Shown: one piece after another, positions 1 to 12,313 of the stretch
How the letters are laid out: every line of letters starts with the position of its first letter
Position numbering within the stretch: the first letter of the stretch is position 1
DNA from: Veleropilina oligotropha
Taxonomy: Eukaryota
Assembly (NCBI GenBank): GCA_048128005.1
Contig: JBEUKZ010000080.1
Location: 1 to 64,000, forward strand
DNA length: 64,000 bases
Direction of reading: 5' to 3'
Position numbers and translations under genes: made by a program
Notes under the pieces: model-generated
What the model saw: the letters and a program-made list of their open reading frames with translations, nothing else
What the model was told of the DNA's origin: nothing
Databases searched by the model: none

Positions 1-344
1 TTATTATTGAGTATTCGCTAAATATAGCAACAAACCATATACGACTAATACGCTATCGATAGCAATTTTCCACTGATAATTCGATGTTATGCCACCATTA
101 TACATATATTTCGTATTCAAATGACATTATCTGTTGAATTTCATCGTATATACTTACTTATAAGTCGATTTTAATCGCTTTATTCGCTTAATCCGAAACA
201 AAGGCTTTCACGGCAACAAACATGTCGCATGACAGCTGTATACATACAAATTCGCCCAAATTGCAGACCTTCCAATATGACTCGGCAATGTCTATAGCAT
301 TGGAAAATACATTTGAATAAACACTGAACAATATAGTTCATCTA

Positions 345-870
345 GACAGAGGAAACCTAAGGTTATACCTACCCCCGCCCCTGGGAACAGGGTTGGGTCG
401 CCCGGGGGTATGCCCCCACCCCTGACAAAACCCCACCCCCGGGGAAATGCACAAAACTAACAGGGAAAACCTTGGGTTAAACACCAAAAACATAGGGTTA
501 AACGACGAAAGCATAGGGTTATACTGCCCCCACACACCCCCGGAACAGGGTGGAGTGCCCGGGGGGTATGCCCCCACCCCAATACCCCACCCCCCGGGGG
601 GAAATGCACAAAACTAACAGTGAAAACCTTGGGTTAAACACCAAAAACATAGGGTTAAACGACGAAAGCATAGGGTTATACTGCCCCCACACACCCCCGG
701 AACAGGGTGGAGTGCCCGGGGGGTATGCCCCCACCCCAATACCCCACCCCCCGGGGGGAAATGCACAAAACTAACAGTGAAAACCTCGGGTTAAATGGTG
801 AAAACATAGGGTTATACTGGCCCCACACCCCCGGAACAGGGTGGAGTACCCGGGGTGGTATGCCCCAATG
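345..870. repeat. GC-rich tandem repeat, 157-bp period, about 3.3 copies
   Basis: Units recur at 550 and 707 (GTGGAGTGCCCGGGGGGTATGCCCCCACC), with diverged units on either side. The ORF track shows duplicated peptides at the same spacing. Confidence 0.9.
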
Positions 871-1019
871 CCATAGATTGTCGGTTCAATCTGCTTATAC
901 ATTGTGATTTTTCACTATATTACATCAGAATGTAACATATAATGATAGTGGATTACAGAGTTTAGTCTTAATGAATAATACTATTTGATATCAGATTCGT
1001 ACTGGTGATATATGGGAGT

Positions 1020-1695
1020 TGAATTAGGGCTAGGTATACCAATTAGGGCTGGGGGTAGGGTGGGGGTGGGGGTTGACCCAATTAGGGTTGACCTACTTAG
1101 GGGTAGGGGTTGACCCAATTAGGGTTAGGGCTGGGGTTAGGGTTAGCCGCCATATGGGTTGACCTACTTAGGGGCAGGGTTAGGGTTGACCTACTTAGGG
1201 TGACCTACTTAGGGCTGACCCAATTAGGGTTGACCTACTTAGGGTTAGGGTTGACCCAATTAGGGTTAGGGCTGGGGTTAGGGTTAGCCGCCATATGGGT
1301 TGACCTAGTTAGGGTTAGGGGCAGGGTTAGGGTTGACCTACTTAGGGTGACCTACTTAGGTTGACCTACTTAGGGTTGGTGACCTACTTAGGGCTGACCC
1401 ACTTAGGGTTAGGGTTGACCTAGTTAGGGCTGACCTAGTTAGGGTTAGGGGAAACGCCCAAAACCTAGGGTTAGAACCCGAAAACGCTACCCTAGCCGTC
1501 CGATAGGGTTGGTGACCTACTTAGGGTTAGGGTTAGGGTTGACCTACTTAGGGTGACCTACTTAGGTTGACCTACTTAGGGTTGGTGACCTACTTAGGGC
1601 TGACCCACTTAGGGTTAGGGTTAGGGTTGACCTAGTTAGGGTTGACCTAGTTAGGGTTAGGGGAAACGCCCAAAACCTGGGGTTAGAACCCTAAT
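1020..1695 (+). repeat. Degenerate telomere-like (TTAGGG-based) satellite
   Basis: Many TTAGGG and TTAGGGTTAGGG tracts interleaved with TTGACCTAC/TTGACCCAA spacers, plus larger duplicated blocks (GGGGAAACGCCCAAAACCT occurs twice). Confidence 0.85.
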
Positions 1696-1724
1696 CTGAC
1701 CCTCAAGAGGGGTCCCTACTACTA

Positions 1725-1810
1725 GCCAGGCCGGAGCGGGCTTGAACCCACATACTACCGTCCCACATAACGTTTTTCCGACGCTCTAACCAGTTGAGTT
1801 ATCGAGGACG
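1725..1810 (-). mobile_element. tRNA-derived SINE head
   Basis: Minus strand reads GTCCTCGATAACTCAACTGGTTAGAGCG (A-box-like)...GGGTTCAAGCCC (B-box-like). A near-identical partial copy lies on + at 58801-58862. Confidence 0.6.
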
Positions 1811-2964
1811 GTGCGCTGGCGCAGAAGGAAAAGTGATGTTATCAATGTTTTGCAAATAGCGTCATTCCTCTAATGCTATTTAAAGTTGCATTGCCCGTAA
1901 GTAGCGAACATCGCTTTTAATTTTAAACCCTAGACCACAAATGTATAAGGACACGTATTAAATAAATAAAATTTTCAATTCGTTCATACGAAATAATTAT
2001 TTCGTTGAGACGCAATAATATTACGTTCACACGAAATAATTATTTCGTTTAAGAGAAATGGTATTTAGTTCAAACAAAATATTATTTCGGAATGGAAAGG
2101 GTCGATGACAACCATCAGGACATGTCCATATTATCGCGGGAGGAAAGCCCGGTCTTCCGGGGAAAACCACCCTCTTCGACCAGTTATGGACAACTTTGAT
2201 TCATAACTGAACAAACGATGTCATGTTCAACTGAGATACGAACCCACTAATGTTCGTGTTATTGGAATCAAAGCAATCATTTTCAGAGTCTGCAGTCTGA
2301 CGTGGGCATACGGACGTAGGCCTAGTTGTGTTAATGACTATAATATTATATTTTATTAAACTTCAGTTTGATTCACTATCGGAGGGAGGGGGGGGGGGGG
2401 TTCCAGGGGGTCCTTACTCCACTCTAAAATTTGTTTGTTGTAAGGTTCGTTGACGTCATATGCCAATTAGGATCACATAATTAAGGCCATATCCGATCAG
2501 ATATACATATTACATATATCGGAGGTGGAACGACCCCGGTCCTCTTTGTGAAAAAGACGTAGGCCTTTTCATGTTATCCAGTCAAATGCCAATCATAGAG
2601 GCCATATCGGATGAGACAAACATATTTATCGGAGGTGTGAACGACCACCGACCTTTGTGAAAAAGACATAGGCCTACGCATATAGGCCTATATATATATA
2701 GTTTGGTGATCAGAATACAGAATACAGAAAGTTTTATTTGAATTAGGATTTTACAAAAACAGCGTGACGCATCACAAACACTAGCTCTAATGAGCTATTT
2801 CTCCGAAATAAGTGCAATAAAATTGTAAAAATACTATTCACTAAAATACAGACAAATAAATACATGCAGTAAATCTTGATGCGTTTTTAAGCCATCCTTT
2901 CATGGTACAGATGCCTGCCCTTATGATAGCACAAATGATAGAGCGTCGAAAATCATAAAGTTAA

Positions 2965-3258
2965 CAGGGCGGATCCAGGGGGGGGCATGGGGGTCGACCC
3001 CCCCCCCCCCCACCACCTTGGCGGTCCAAGTACCCTTTTACCTTGGCCATTAAAATACTCAATGTGTTAGATTGTGAAAAAAATGAAAATTACCCATACA
3101 TTTTAGTGAAAATGGTTAGATATATCGCTTTTGCCCTGTCACAGTGCAGGAGAGGTTTCAGGCTCTTGGTTGTCAAAATTTTATTTCGCGTGGGGCACAG
3201 TTCATAGTATATTTTATGAAAGTTGGACCACCTTATCAAAATCCTGGATCCGCCCCTG
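2965..3258. mobile_element. MITE with CAGGG(G)CGGATCCAGG terminal inverted repeats
   Basis: Left CAGGGCGGATCCAGG, right CCTGGATCCGCCCCTG. The interior is homologous to 3509-3822. Confidence 0.75.
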
Positions 3259-3508
3259 AAGTAAAGTGGGCCGATAGGATGCGGGTTCGATTTTTACACC
3301 GCCGTGGCTTATTCTAACAGAAAGGATGGCTTAAAAACGCTTTCTTTCATGAAACCGAAGTTCTGAATACAGATAAGCCTACGACTGAGATATTGTCAAA
3401 ATGGAACTGTTTAAAACTGAATTGTTTCACTTCACTTCTGACTATGTGATTTTTCTGCTTACAGGTCCTCGAATAATATGTCGTGCACGTTTTCCTTATG
3501 TCCGCATG

Positions 3509-3822
3509 CAGTGGTGGACCAGGGGGTCGGACCCCCCTTGACGGAACAAGTGCCCTTTTGCCTTGGCCATTAAAAAACTCAATATGTTAGATTGTGAACA
3601 AAATGGAAAATTACCCATACATTTTAATGAAAATGGTTCATAAATGTTGGTAAGAAATATCGCTTTTGCCCTGTCAGAGTGCAGGAGAGGACGTTTCAGG
3701 CTGTTGATTGTCAAAATTTCTTTCGCAAGGGGCCCCGCCCCCACGCGATCAGTTGATAGTATATTTTATGAAAGTTCGCCGCCCCCCCCCCCCCCCTTAT
3801 CAAAATCCTGGATCCGCCCCTG
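3509..3822. mobile_element. Second copy of the same MITE family (left TIR degenerate)
   Basis: Shares the interior CCTTGGCCATTAAAA..CTCAAT..GTTAGATTGTGAA and the right end ATCAAAATCCTGGATCCGCCCCTG with 2965-3258. Confidence 0.7.
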
Positions 3823-4709
3823 ACGATGTTAGCAATCTTGCGTGTCCGGATTTATGTCAAGGGTCATCTGAATACAGCCTTCACAGAACTTTCCAAAACA
3901 TATTGATTGCCATTTCCAATTCCATGTCACCAGGATTATCTGCCTTCAAGCCAAGTTGTGGCTTGTGGTGCAATGGCTTTAGATACATGAGCAGTGTGTC
4001 AGCACACGTCTTGGCATCAAAGACTCGGGTGCATTTTGTGAAAGGCAAACTGGCACAATGCCGATGATTTAAGTACGCGCCATTGGTATTTACTTTAGTG
4101 TGTATACTATGTTGTCCAAGTAGCAGAAGCCGTTCTCAAAATCGGGCCTTTGAAGTACGAGTAACGACCATGGTTTCTGTTTTGGTCATATCGACTTCGG
4201 GTAATGGTATGCGAAATGATCAATAATTATTGTCGTACCTGTATGGAATTCCTTCGCTGTATAAGCAAATACCTCATCACGGTACTCTAGGGCGCAGATA
4301 GCGGCCATCGGCCTGAACCTTATTCGCGGTCTTTTGCCACTAATCTTTCTTTAGTAAGATTATATATGGTCGGTACTGTGTTGAACACTTGGATATCTGT
4401 TGACGACTGAAGAGATTTCAAAAAGAGTCGGCCTTACAAACCCTTGTCATATTGACGTTTTAACAGGCCAGAATTGTGACGAACATGTCAGGACATCCAA
4501 ACGTTTTTCCGAATCTTCCATAATACAGTACTGTTGAGGCAGTCGAAGGCATGTCAGGTCAATAAAAACCATGTGCATTACATATGCTTAGTATGAAACA
4601 GTACACGCTTTCATACTTTTACCAGTTTTGAATTTATCCCTACTCCATCCCACCGTACCCCTCTTCAAGAACTCTCACATATTCACCATCAGTTAGATTG
4701 TGATAGCGA

Positions 4710-7700
4710 ATGAACGGAGTTCCACCCCTCTGCCAAATATGCAATTTATTACGTAAATCATCACAATTATGTATAATTTGCGCAAACTGTAATTCATTAT
4801 TCCATGTTAAATGCACACAATTTACAATTAACACCTTCAAGTCAATGAGTACCCACGAAGTCAATACCTGGTACTGTCCTTCCTGCTTATCTAACATATT
4901 TCCATTTAATTCACTTCAGGACGATAATGAGTTCAATATAGCGATACTTGAAAATAAGACTGGTGGATATTCAAATGAAAACACTAAATTTGTCCGTGAA
5001 CTGTGTTTCAACCCTTTCTCTTCAAATGATAGTACCGGTAGATATCTCCTAAATAACGCTGACATAGACCCAGACGAAAACTATTTTGCATCCAACACAT
5101 CCAACACGACATCAAATTATATCATCGAACAAGAATACGTAGTACTTAATGACAGCTCGGGTCCACATAACAGTTTCAAAATTCTTCATATAAACTGTCG
5201 TAGTCTAAAGGCGAATTACGACAAAGTTAAGTATCACATAAGTAACTTGACACATAAATTATCTATAATTGCTCTAACTGAAACTTGGTTAGCTGATGGG
5301 GAAGAAAATTATTTAAATATTGAAGGATACGAACTCGTGTGTAAGAACAGACAAGACAAAACAGGTGGTGGGGTTGGATTTTATGTGGACAACACACTAG
5401 ATTACAAATTCAGAGAAGACTTATGTTTACTATCTGAAGATACCAAAACAATATTCATTGAAATCTTGCAATCAAATCTAAAAAATATAATAATTGGGTC
5501 TATTTACAGACCCCCTAACCAAAACACTGCTACTTTTCTTGAAAAACTTATCAAAGTTGTTACTAAGATAAATTTGGAAAATAAAATAACATTCCTAACT
5601 GGTGATTTCAACATAAATTTAATTAACGTAAATTCACACAAGGATACAGAAACATTTATAAACAGAATGATATCCAATTCCTTTTATCCCCTTATTACCA
5701 AACCAACACGAATTACTGATAGTACAGCAACATTAATCGATAACATATTTGTTAATGTATTGGAATACAAAATGAAAAGTGGTATATTGATTACAGATAT
5801 CAGTGATCATTTGCCTATATTTTTAAGCATTGAATTGAATATAATTAAAAAAGATTCACCACGATTTGAATATAAGCGAAAATTTACTGAAATGAACATA
5901 AACAGTTTCAAATCTGATCTTCAAAATCAAACATGGGACGATTTAGAAAATTATGACAATCCAAATCAATCGTATGAATCGTTTATGGACAAACTTTTAT
6001 TTCTATATAATAAACACTTTCCAAAGTTAAGGACAAGAATAAATAGAAGAATCAAATACAAGCCATTTTTGACCACTGGTTTAATGGAATCAATCTCAAT
6101 AAAAAATAAGCTATATCTGACATACATAAAAAACCCTAAAGCAAGCAATGAACATAAATACAAACAGTACAAAAACAAACTAAATCATCTGCTTAGAATC
6201 TCTAAGATAAAATATAACGCAGACATGTTTGAAAATGCTAAAAATGGTATAAGAAAAACATGGTGTATTATAAAGACTATTTTAAATAAACAAAGTAATA
6301 AATCTGAACTGCCTAACTCATTCAAGGACAACAACCAACAAATAACAGATAAAAGTGACATATGCAACAAATTTAATAACTACTTTGTTAACGTAGGACA
6401 CAACCTGGCTTCAAAAATTCCGAATCAAGATCAATCAATCGAAACCTACCTCACAGGTAATTACCCCCAATCTATTTGTTTTATGCCGACCGATATTGAT
6501 GAGGTATCCAACATTGTACTTAGCATGAAAAACAAAAGTCCAGGATATGATGAAATAAGTTCGGCAATGGTGAAACAGATATTACCCCATATTGCTTCCC
6601 CTCTGGTGACCATTTTAAATCAATCGATGCAAACTGGATTGTACCTGATAACCTGAAAATTGCAAAAGTGAAACCTATTTTCAAAAGTGGAAACCAAGAA
6701 GTATTCTCAAATTATAAACCGATTTCTGTACTTCCATATTTCTAAAAAATATTGGAAAAGATTATTTACAACCGAGTTATATCCTTCCTAAACAAGCACA
6801 ATATTATATCAAATACTCAATTCGGATTTCGGTCAAACCACTCAACTTATATGGCACTATTAGATCTTGTCGACAATATTTCCTCAAATATGGATACAAA
6901 TAAATTTACCATGAATATACTAATAGACCTATCAAAAGCCTTTGACACCATTGATCACAAAATACTAATACAAAACTCAACCATTATGGAATACGAGGCA
7001 AACAATTAGCATGGTTTGAAAGTTATTTAGCGAATAGAACACAATACGTCTCGATTAATGAAAATAATTCTGTCTCTAATACTATGACCATTAACTGTGG
7101 GGTACCCCAATGCTCTATTCTTGGTCCTCTTCTATTTATACTATACGTCAATGACATGTGCAATACATCCGACATATTAAAATTCATATTATTTGCAGAT
7201 GACACAAACATCTTCTACACTCATTCTAACTTTAAGCAATTAATAGAAACGGTAAATAGAGAAATTGACAAACTAAATGTATGGTTTAAAATTAACAAAC
7301 TATCCCTTAATTTAAAAAAAAACCAATTCATGATATTCTGTCGTAAGAATAAGAAATACTCGGAAAAAGATGCCACATTTCTAATTGATAATTCTAAAGT
7401 AAATCAAGTCAAATACTCTAAATTCCTTGGAGTCATTGTGGATGAAAACTTAACTTGGCAGCCTCATATATCAGAAGTCAGTCAAAAGATTGCCAAATCT
7501 ATTGGAATCATAAATAGAATAAAGCATGAAATCCCACTCAACATACTAAAAACCTTATATTCCAGCTTAATATTACCATACCTAAATTATTGCAATATCA
7601 TATGGGCAAGTAACTACTCATCTAGAGTAAAAACTTTGTTTCAACTACAAAAACGAGCTGTCCGAGTTATTACAAGATCGGAGTGGCATGCTCATACAGC

Positions 7701-8061
7701 TCCTCTATTCCATAAACATAACCTACTTACTATCTATGATCTTCATAAAGTTCAGGTAGGAACATTTATGTATTGTTACGCGCATAAAACCTTACCAACA
7801 ATATTTTTAAAATACTTTTTAACGAATGATCTAATTTATAGCCATTTCACCAGATCATCAAAGGATTATCACATGATAAAAACTCGTACAAACATCCGAC
7901 AACATGCAATCAGATATGAAGGACCCAAACTGTATAACTCACTCGAAGACAATCTCAAAAACAGCAAGTCTAAATTCATTTTCAAGAAAAACTACAAAAA
8001 TTGTCTCTGCTCAAAATACAGGTTATTGACTTCGTGGACTCACTTGTACCAAGGAAACTAG
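4710..8061 (+). pseudogene. CR1/L2-group non-LTR retrotransposon ORF (PHD finger, APE endonuclease, reverse transcriptase), disrupted
   Basis: N-terminal C4HC3 PHD (CQIC..CANC..HVKC..WYCPSC). APE motifs HINCRSL, LTETWL, YRPP, GDFN, SDH. RT motifs QFGFR, DLSKAFD, GVPQ.SILGP, FADD. Frameshift ~6640, stop ~6743, frameshift ~6970. Confidence 0.93.
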
Positions 8062-8303
8062 CCCATCTGAAATACTCCTTTGCATACAAACCTTATTTTG
8101 TCCTCCAATATTTAGCCTAATCCAAAAATAAATGTTTTAATCATACATCATGTACTAATTCACCATTGGATAATATGACTCAGACCGTCTAGCCATAGGT
8201 GGTTTATCGCTTACAAGCCCACATGGGTTTCTTGATAAATCTCCTTGCCACTTTAACACATTGTACAAAAAATTACAGTATTTTCTTTAAACAATACTAA
8301 TCG

Positions 8304-9580
8304 ATAATTATATTATTATTATTTAATACATTTATAATGCGCCTATTCTAGTGTAGCTCTAAGCGCAGTACAAACAATAACTAATATTACAGTACAATGT
8401 ACACAAGAATATACAGGAGAGACATCAATGATACATACTATGAATGCAATAAGCAATCTTAATATAATGGAGCTATAATTGTATGTGTGTCTGTCTGTCT
8501 GTCTGTTTCAAGTTGAACTCCTCCCAGACGCTTTGACCTAGGACCTTCAAACTTTGGGGGGTTAATCGGGGTCCCCCAAGGAAGGTTTACCACGAAAAAA
8601 ATTCGGAAAATTCGCGAACAAAAAAAAAATTTACTATCATTTTTAATATAATGGAGAAAAAAAAAAAAAAAGGGAGCACTATCCAAAAAAAAAAAAAAAA
8701 AAATTGGGGCTGGGGGGACTTACCCGGCGAAGACGGGTACCATTGCTAGTAATAATAATAAACAGAATATTTTTTGGTTGAGTTTTTTCAATTTTATTAA
8801 TTATTTATTTTTTGTACAAGCGCAATCAGACAAAGAGGTGAAGCAGCCCCTGCGTGAACTTCAACCAACTTTGAATGGTACATAATATGATGAATTCTAT
8901 AAGCAATAACAATGAACAGATGTGAAGCAGTCATTACTGTCCTCCACTACTACGATGTCAACTGAATTGTTAATGAGATTTGATCAGGTTAGCATATACA
9001 TCAGCAAATAGGTGTGTTTTCAACGTCTTCCGAAAACTTGTCTGAGATGTGCTTTCCTTTACTTTAGATGGGAGGTTGTTCCAGAGTTTTGGGGCATTGT
9101 TGATAAATGCTCTATCGCCATATTTATTCATTGTTCTATTCTCTGTCAACTGTTGTAATTGCTGCGACCTAAGTGCTCTAATAGGTCGATATTGAGCCAG
9201 AAGTTCCATAATATATCCAGGCGCTTTTCCTTGAAGAGAATTGTAAACGAATGTAAGAATTTTGAAGATAATCCGTTTCTCAACAGGGAGCCAGTGTAGG
9301 CTATATAGCAGCGGGGTTGCATGGTCCCTTGGCTGGGCAAGTAAAATCAGCCTGGCTGCGGCATTCTGAACTTGCTGCAATCTGTTAATGAGGCTTGCGT
9401 TTATTCCGAAAAGTAAACTGTTGGAATAATCAAGGCGAGATATGACATATGCATGCATAAGAAGCAACGAAGCTTCTGGTGTTAAAAAACGACGGATGCG
9501 TCTGATGTTTCTTAGAAAGAATAATGAGCATTTAACTTTATCAGAGACGAATTTTTCCATCGACATAGTGTTGTCGAAGT
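8304..9580 (-). mobile_element. 5'-truncated L2-type LINE (C-terminal ORF2 remnant 8970-9566, 3' UTR, (AAT)n tail), interrupted by the Helitron
   Basis: Peptide ISRLDYSNSLLFG..LQQVQNAAARL..LHWLPV..APKLWNNLP is typical of the L2 ORF2 C-terminus. The minus-strand end reads GCGCATTATAAAT...(AAT)n. Confidence 0.85.
8457..8749 (+). mobile_element. Non-autonomous Helitron
   Basis: 5' TC after host A, internal (GTCT)n, 3' hairpin TACCCG-GCGAAGA-CGGGTA (8721-8739) and terminal CTAG followed by host T. Confidence 0.8.
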
Positions 9581-9689
9581 AACTATTATACAGCCAAACG
9601 CAATAACGACCAACCTATCAGCATCCATAAATTGTTTATTATGATTTGTTCAGTATAATATACAAATATGCATGCCTGGTGTCAGTTGT

Positions 9690-10010
9690 TAAAACATTTT
9701 GTTCGCGAATAAAATGTTTTGTTCGCGAACAAAACTATTCTGTTCGCGAATAAAATGTTTTGTTCGCGAATAAAACTATTCTGTTCGCGAATAAAACATT
9801 TTGTTCGCGACTAAAATGTTTTGTTCGCGAACAAAACTATTCTGTTCGCGAATTAAACATTTTGTTCGAGAATAAAATGTTTTGTTCGCGAACAAAACTA
9901 TTCTGTTCGCGAATAAAACATTTTGTTCGCGTATAAAATGTTTTGTTCGCGAACAAAACTATTCTGTTCGCGAATTAAACATTTTGTTCGCGAATAAAAC
10001 GTTTTATTCG
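9690..10010. repeat. Minisatellite, 20-21 bp units with a palindromic TTCGCGAA core, about 15 copies
   Basis: Repeated TTTTGTTCGCGAATAAAA(TG/CA) and CTATTCTGTTCGCGAA variants. Confidence 0.9.
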
Positions 10011-10831
10011 TCAATATAATTTGGAATTAATTTTACTATAGATTGTAAATTTATAGAATTAATTATGGCAGATATCAGCCACCGTACTGTTACCATTTAT
10101 TTATTACTATTGTTTATATAAATTTATTTGTAAAATATGTATTATTATTGTTGTACACTAGGCTAAATAAAACAGCATCATCATCATGCTGTCGTTGAAC
10201 CGTGCACACCTCTTAGACATGTCGGATAGCGCAAATGCCGTCAATCGATAGTCACTTTGGGTTTTCAGAATCACCCCACCTAAGTAGTTGAAGTAGATTT
10301 AGCAACACATCGGTGATAACTTTTCAAATATTCGGTAATTTATAGGTACTGATGCGTCCACTTTCTGGAATATTGTGTCATCATAGCAATATTCAAGTCA
10401 TTAGAAAGAGTTTCGTCACTCAAGATCTATGTGGACACAGTAGCCTACAGCATCAAAATTAGAGCTGTCCCAACAGTTGTAAATACTGGCACTAATGCGT
10501 GTTGGCGCATAATGCAAGAGAAGACAACTCCGTCGATCGCATTGCGCTTTCTGCGTATGTGTTTGTGCGCGTGTACGTGCGCGCTTATCGTCGTTGCTAA
10601 ACAACTGCATATATATAAGCCTACTGTATGTACAAACTCGAGCGCTCCTGGTGGCTGGTCTGCGCCTAATGTAAGAGAACACAACTTCGTCGCCTCATTA
10701 CACATTGCTCCGTATATTTACGTAGAAATGTAGCCGGTATAATCGATATTTCGAGTCACTCGATCGAATGCGTTGTTGAGACAGACTCGCCAAAATGAAA
10801 AAGTCGTTCGAGCGGCTGTGAACCGCGAATA

Positions 10832-11420
10832 CAGAGGCCTGTTCAAGATGGATAGCGCTCACTTGAGCGCTTGCGTACTTGGATTAACACGATTCTGAAC
10901 GGAAGCGAGCGCTAGCGCCTTTTTCAAAATGGCCACCTTTATTTACAAAGAAGCTTTGTTACAAATAATGATCGGATAATTTGAAAATCCATCAAAACTA
11001 AAATTTAAAGCAGAGGAAACCATGCATGACCCCCCCTAGAGTAGTGTATACCCCTAAATATTATTTACAAACAATGTTAGTTCTATAAGCATGCGTAGTC
11101 AATTCGGCGCGATGCTCTATTTTTTTCTAATTAGTATCAAGTAATTGTAATTTTTGTTTTATTATTACACTCCTTATTTGACCAGTATACATCAAGAACG
11201 CTTTGTGATACAAAAGTACTGTAAACTTTTGTGCCATTACCATTTATCGAAATTAGACCGCGCTATCACTGCGTTGGGCGCCATCTTGGATACACAGGCG
11301 AACAGCTCAGAGACTAGGTAGGCCTACGCGAACGCTCGCGAGCGCTCCGGCGAGCATCTCTGTTCAGAAGCTAGCGCTCGCGGTCGCTCGCGAGCGCTAT
11401 CCATCCTGAACAGGCCTCTG
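10832..11420. mobile_element. MITE with 29-bp TIRs
   Basis: CAGAGGCCTGTTCAAGATGGATAGCGCTC versus GAGCGCTATCCATCCTGAACAGGCCTCTG (one mismatch). TSD unclear. Confidence 0.75.
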
Positions 11421-11545
11421 GTTTATACCGATCAAATAACAATAATTTTATATATATTTCATGAATATAGCCGACCACTCTGTTGAGAATGGCCCGATAC
11501 TCCGCTTTGCTCTTCTCAGAGTGTAATAACTAAAGTTAAAACAGC

Positions 11546-11938
11546 AGCAGCAGGGGGGGTGATTGGACTCTTTAGAATGGGAAAATACAGCGCCCAGCAC
11601 CTGTTCAGAACTGAGCTGGTATTACTGAGGGGAACTATGGAGTATAGACTAGGGGCGGGGCGGCCGCCGTGGAGGCTCCCAGCCCTATTTTGGGACTGAG
11701 GGTAGGGATTGTATTACAAAAAGTCACCGTGTGTACAAACTAGGGTAGCTTAGAATAGTCAGCAGGGGGGGTGAGTGTACTCTAATAGGGGCAGTTTTTC
11801 AGGCATAAAACCAGCAGCAGCAGGGGGGGTGACCATACCTTTTATGTGGGGGCACGGCGAGGGAAATTAAGGCTCCCAGCACCCTTTCCAGACCCCAGGG
11901 TATAGATTGTATTACAAAAAGTTACCGTGTGTACAGCG
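11546..11938 (+). repeat. Left TIR of copy 1
   Basis: Reverse complement of 27265-27658 with few mismatches. Similarity continues about 30 bp further after an indel. Confidence 0.93.
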
Positions 11939-11986
11939 ACATAGAGCCCCCAGGGACGGCCCACTACCCTCGCCGGCCCGGGCTCC

Positions 11987-12268
11987 TCAGTTATGCGAGC
12001 AGTAGCAGGGGGGGTGAGTTTGATTTCGTGCAACTCCCTTTCTACCGTCTTTGGTCTTCTTCTTATATATCGCTTGTTCACCATTGTCGAGTACAACGAT
12101 CAAAACGTTATAGCCCCGGTTTAAGAGGTTTTTAACGCGCCTGAAGCTCCGTTCGCTGTACAGCGTAGGAATGTCTTCCTGTGGCATGTTGCTTTCAAGT
12201 ATAACTACACAACGTCTAACATGCCGGTTATTTCTCACCGTGCACCGGGCTCGATATCTTAGTGTCAT
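11987..12268 (-). CDS. Small basic hypothetical protein (start uncertain: 12268 or 12187)
   Basis: The core RNNRHVRRCVVILESNMPQEDIPTLYSERSF...RNQT stays open and is nearly identical in copy 2 (31011-31385), although the flanks differ. Confidence 0.35.
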   Translation of the reverse strand: MTLRYRARCTVRNNRHVRRCVVILESNMPQEDIPTLYSERSFRRVKNLLNRGYNVLIVVLDNGEQAIYKKKTKDGRKGVARNQTHPPCYCSHN

Positions 12269-12313
12269 AATATCTATTAGAGACTGGTATATACAATGAT
12301 AACCGCTATCAAT

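Noticed and set aside
338..1364. ORFs in the 157-bp and TTAGGG repeats
   Set aside because: They are translations of tandem repeats (LGLGLG and duplicated peptides).
1725..1810. Possible functional tRNA gene (also 50321-50380)
   Set aside because: A and B boxes are present but there is no convincing cloverleaf or acceptor stem, and diverged dispersed copies exist; treated as SINE heads.
9690..10010. CRISPR-like appearance of short palindromic repeats
   Set aside because: Units abut with no unique spacers, there are no cas genes and the context is eukaryotic; it is a minisatellite.
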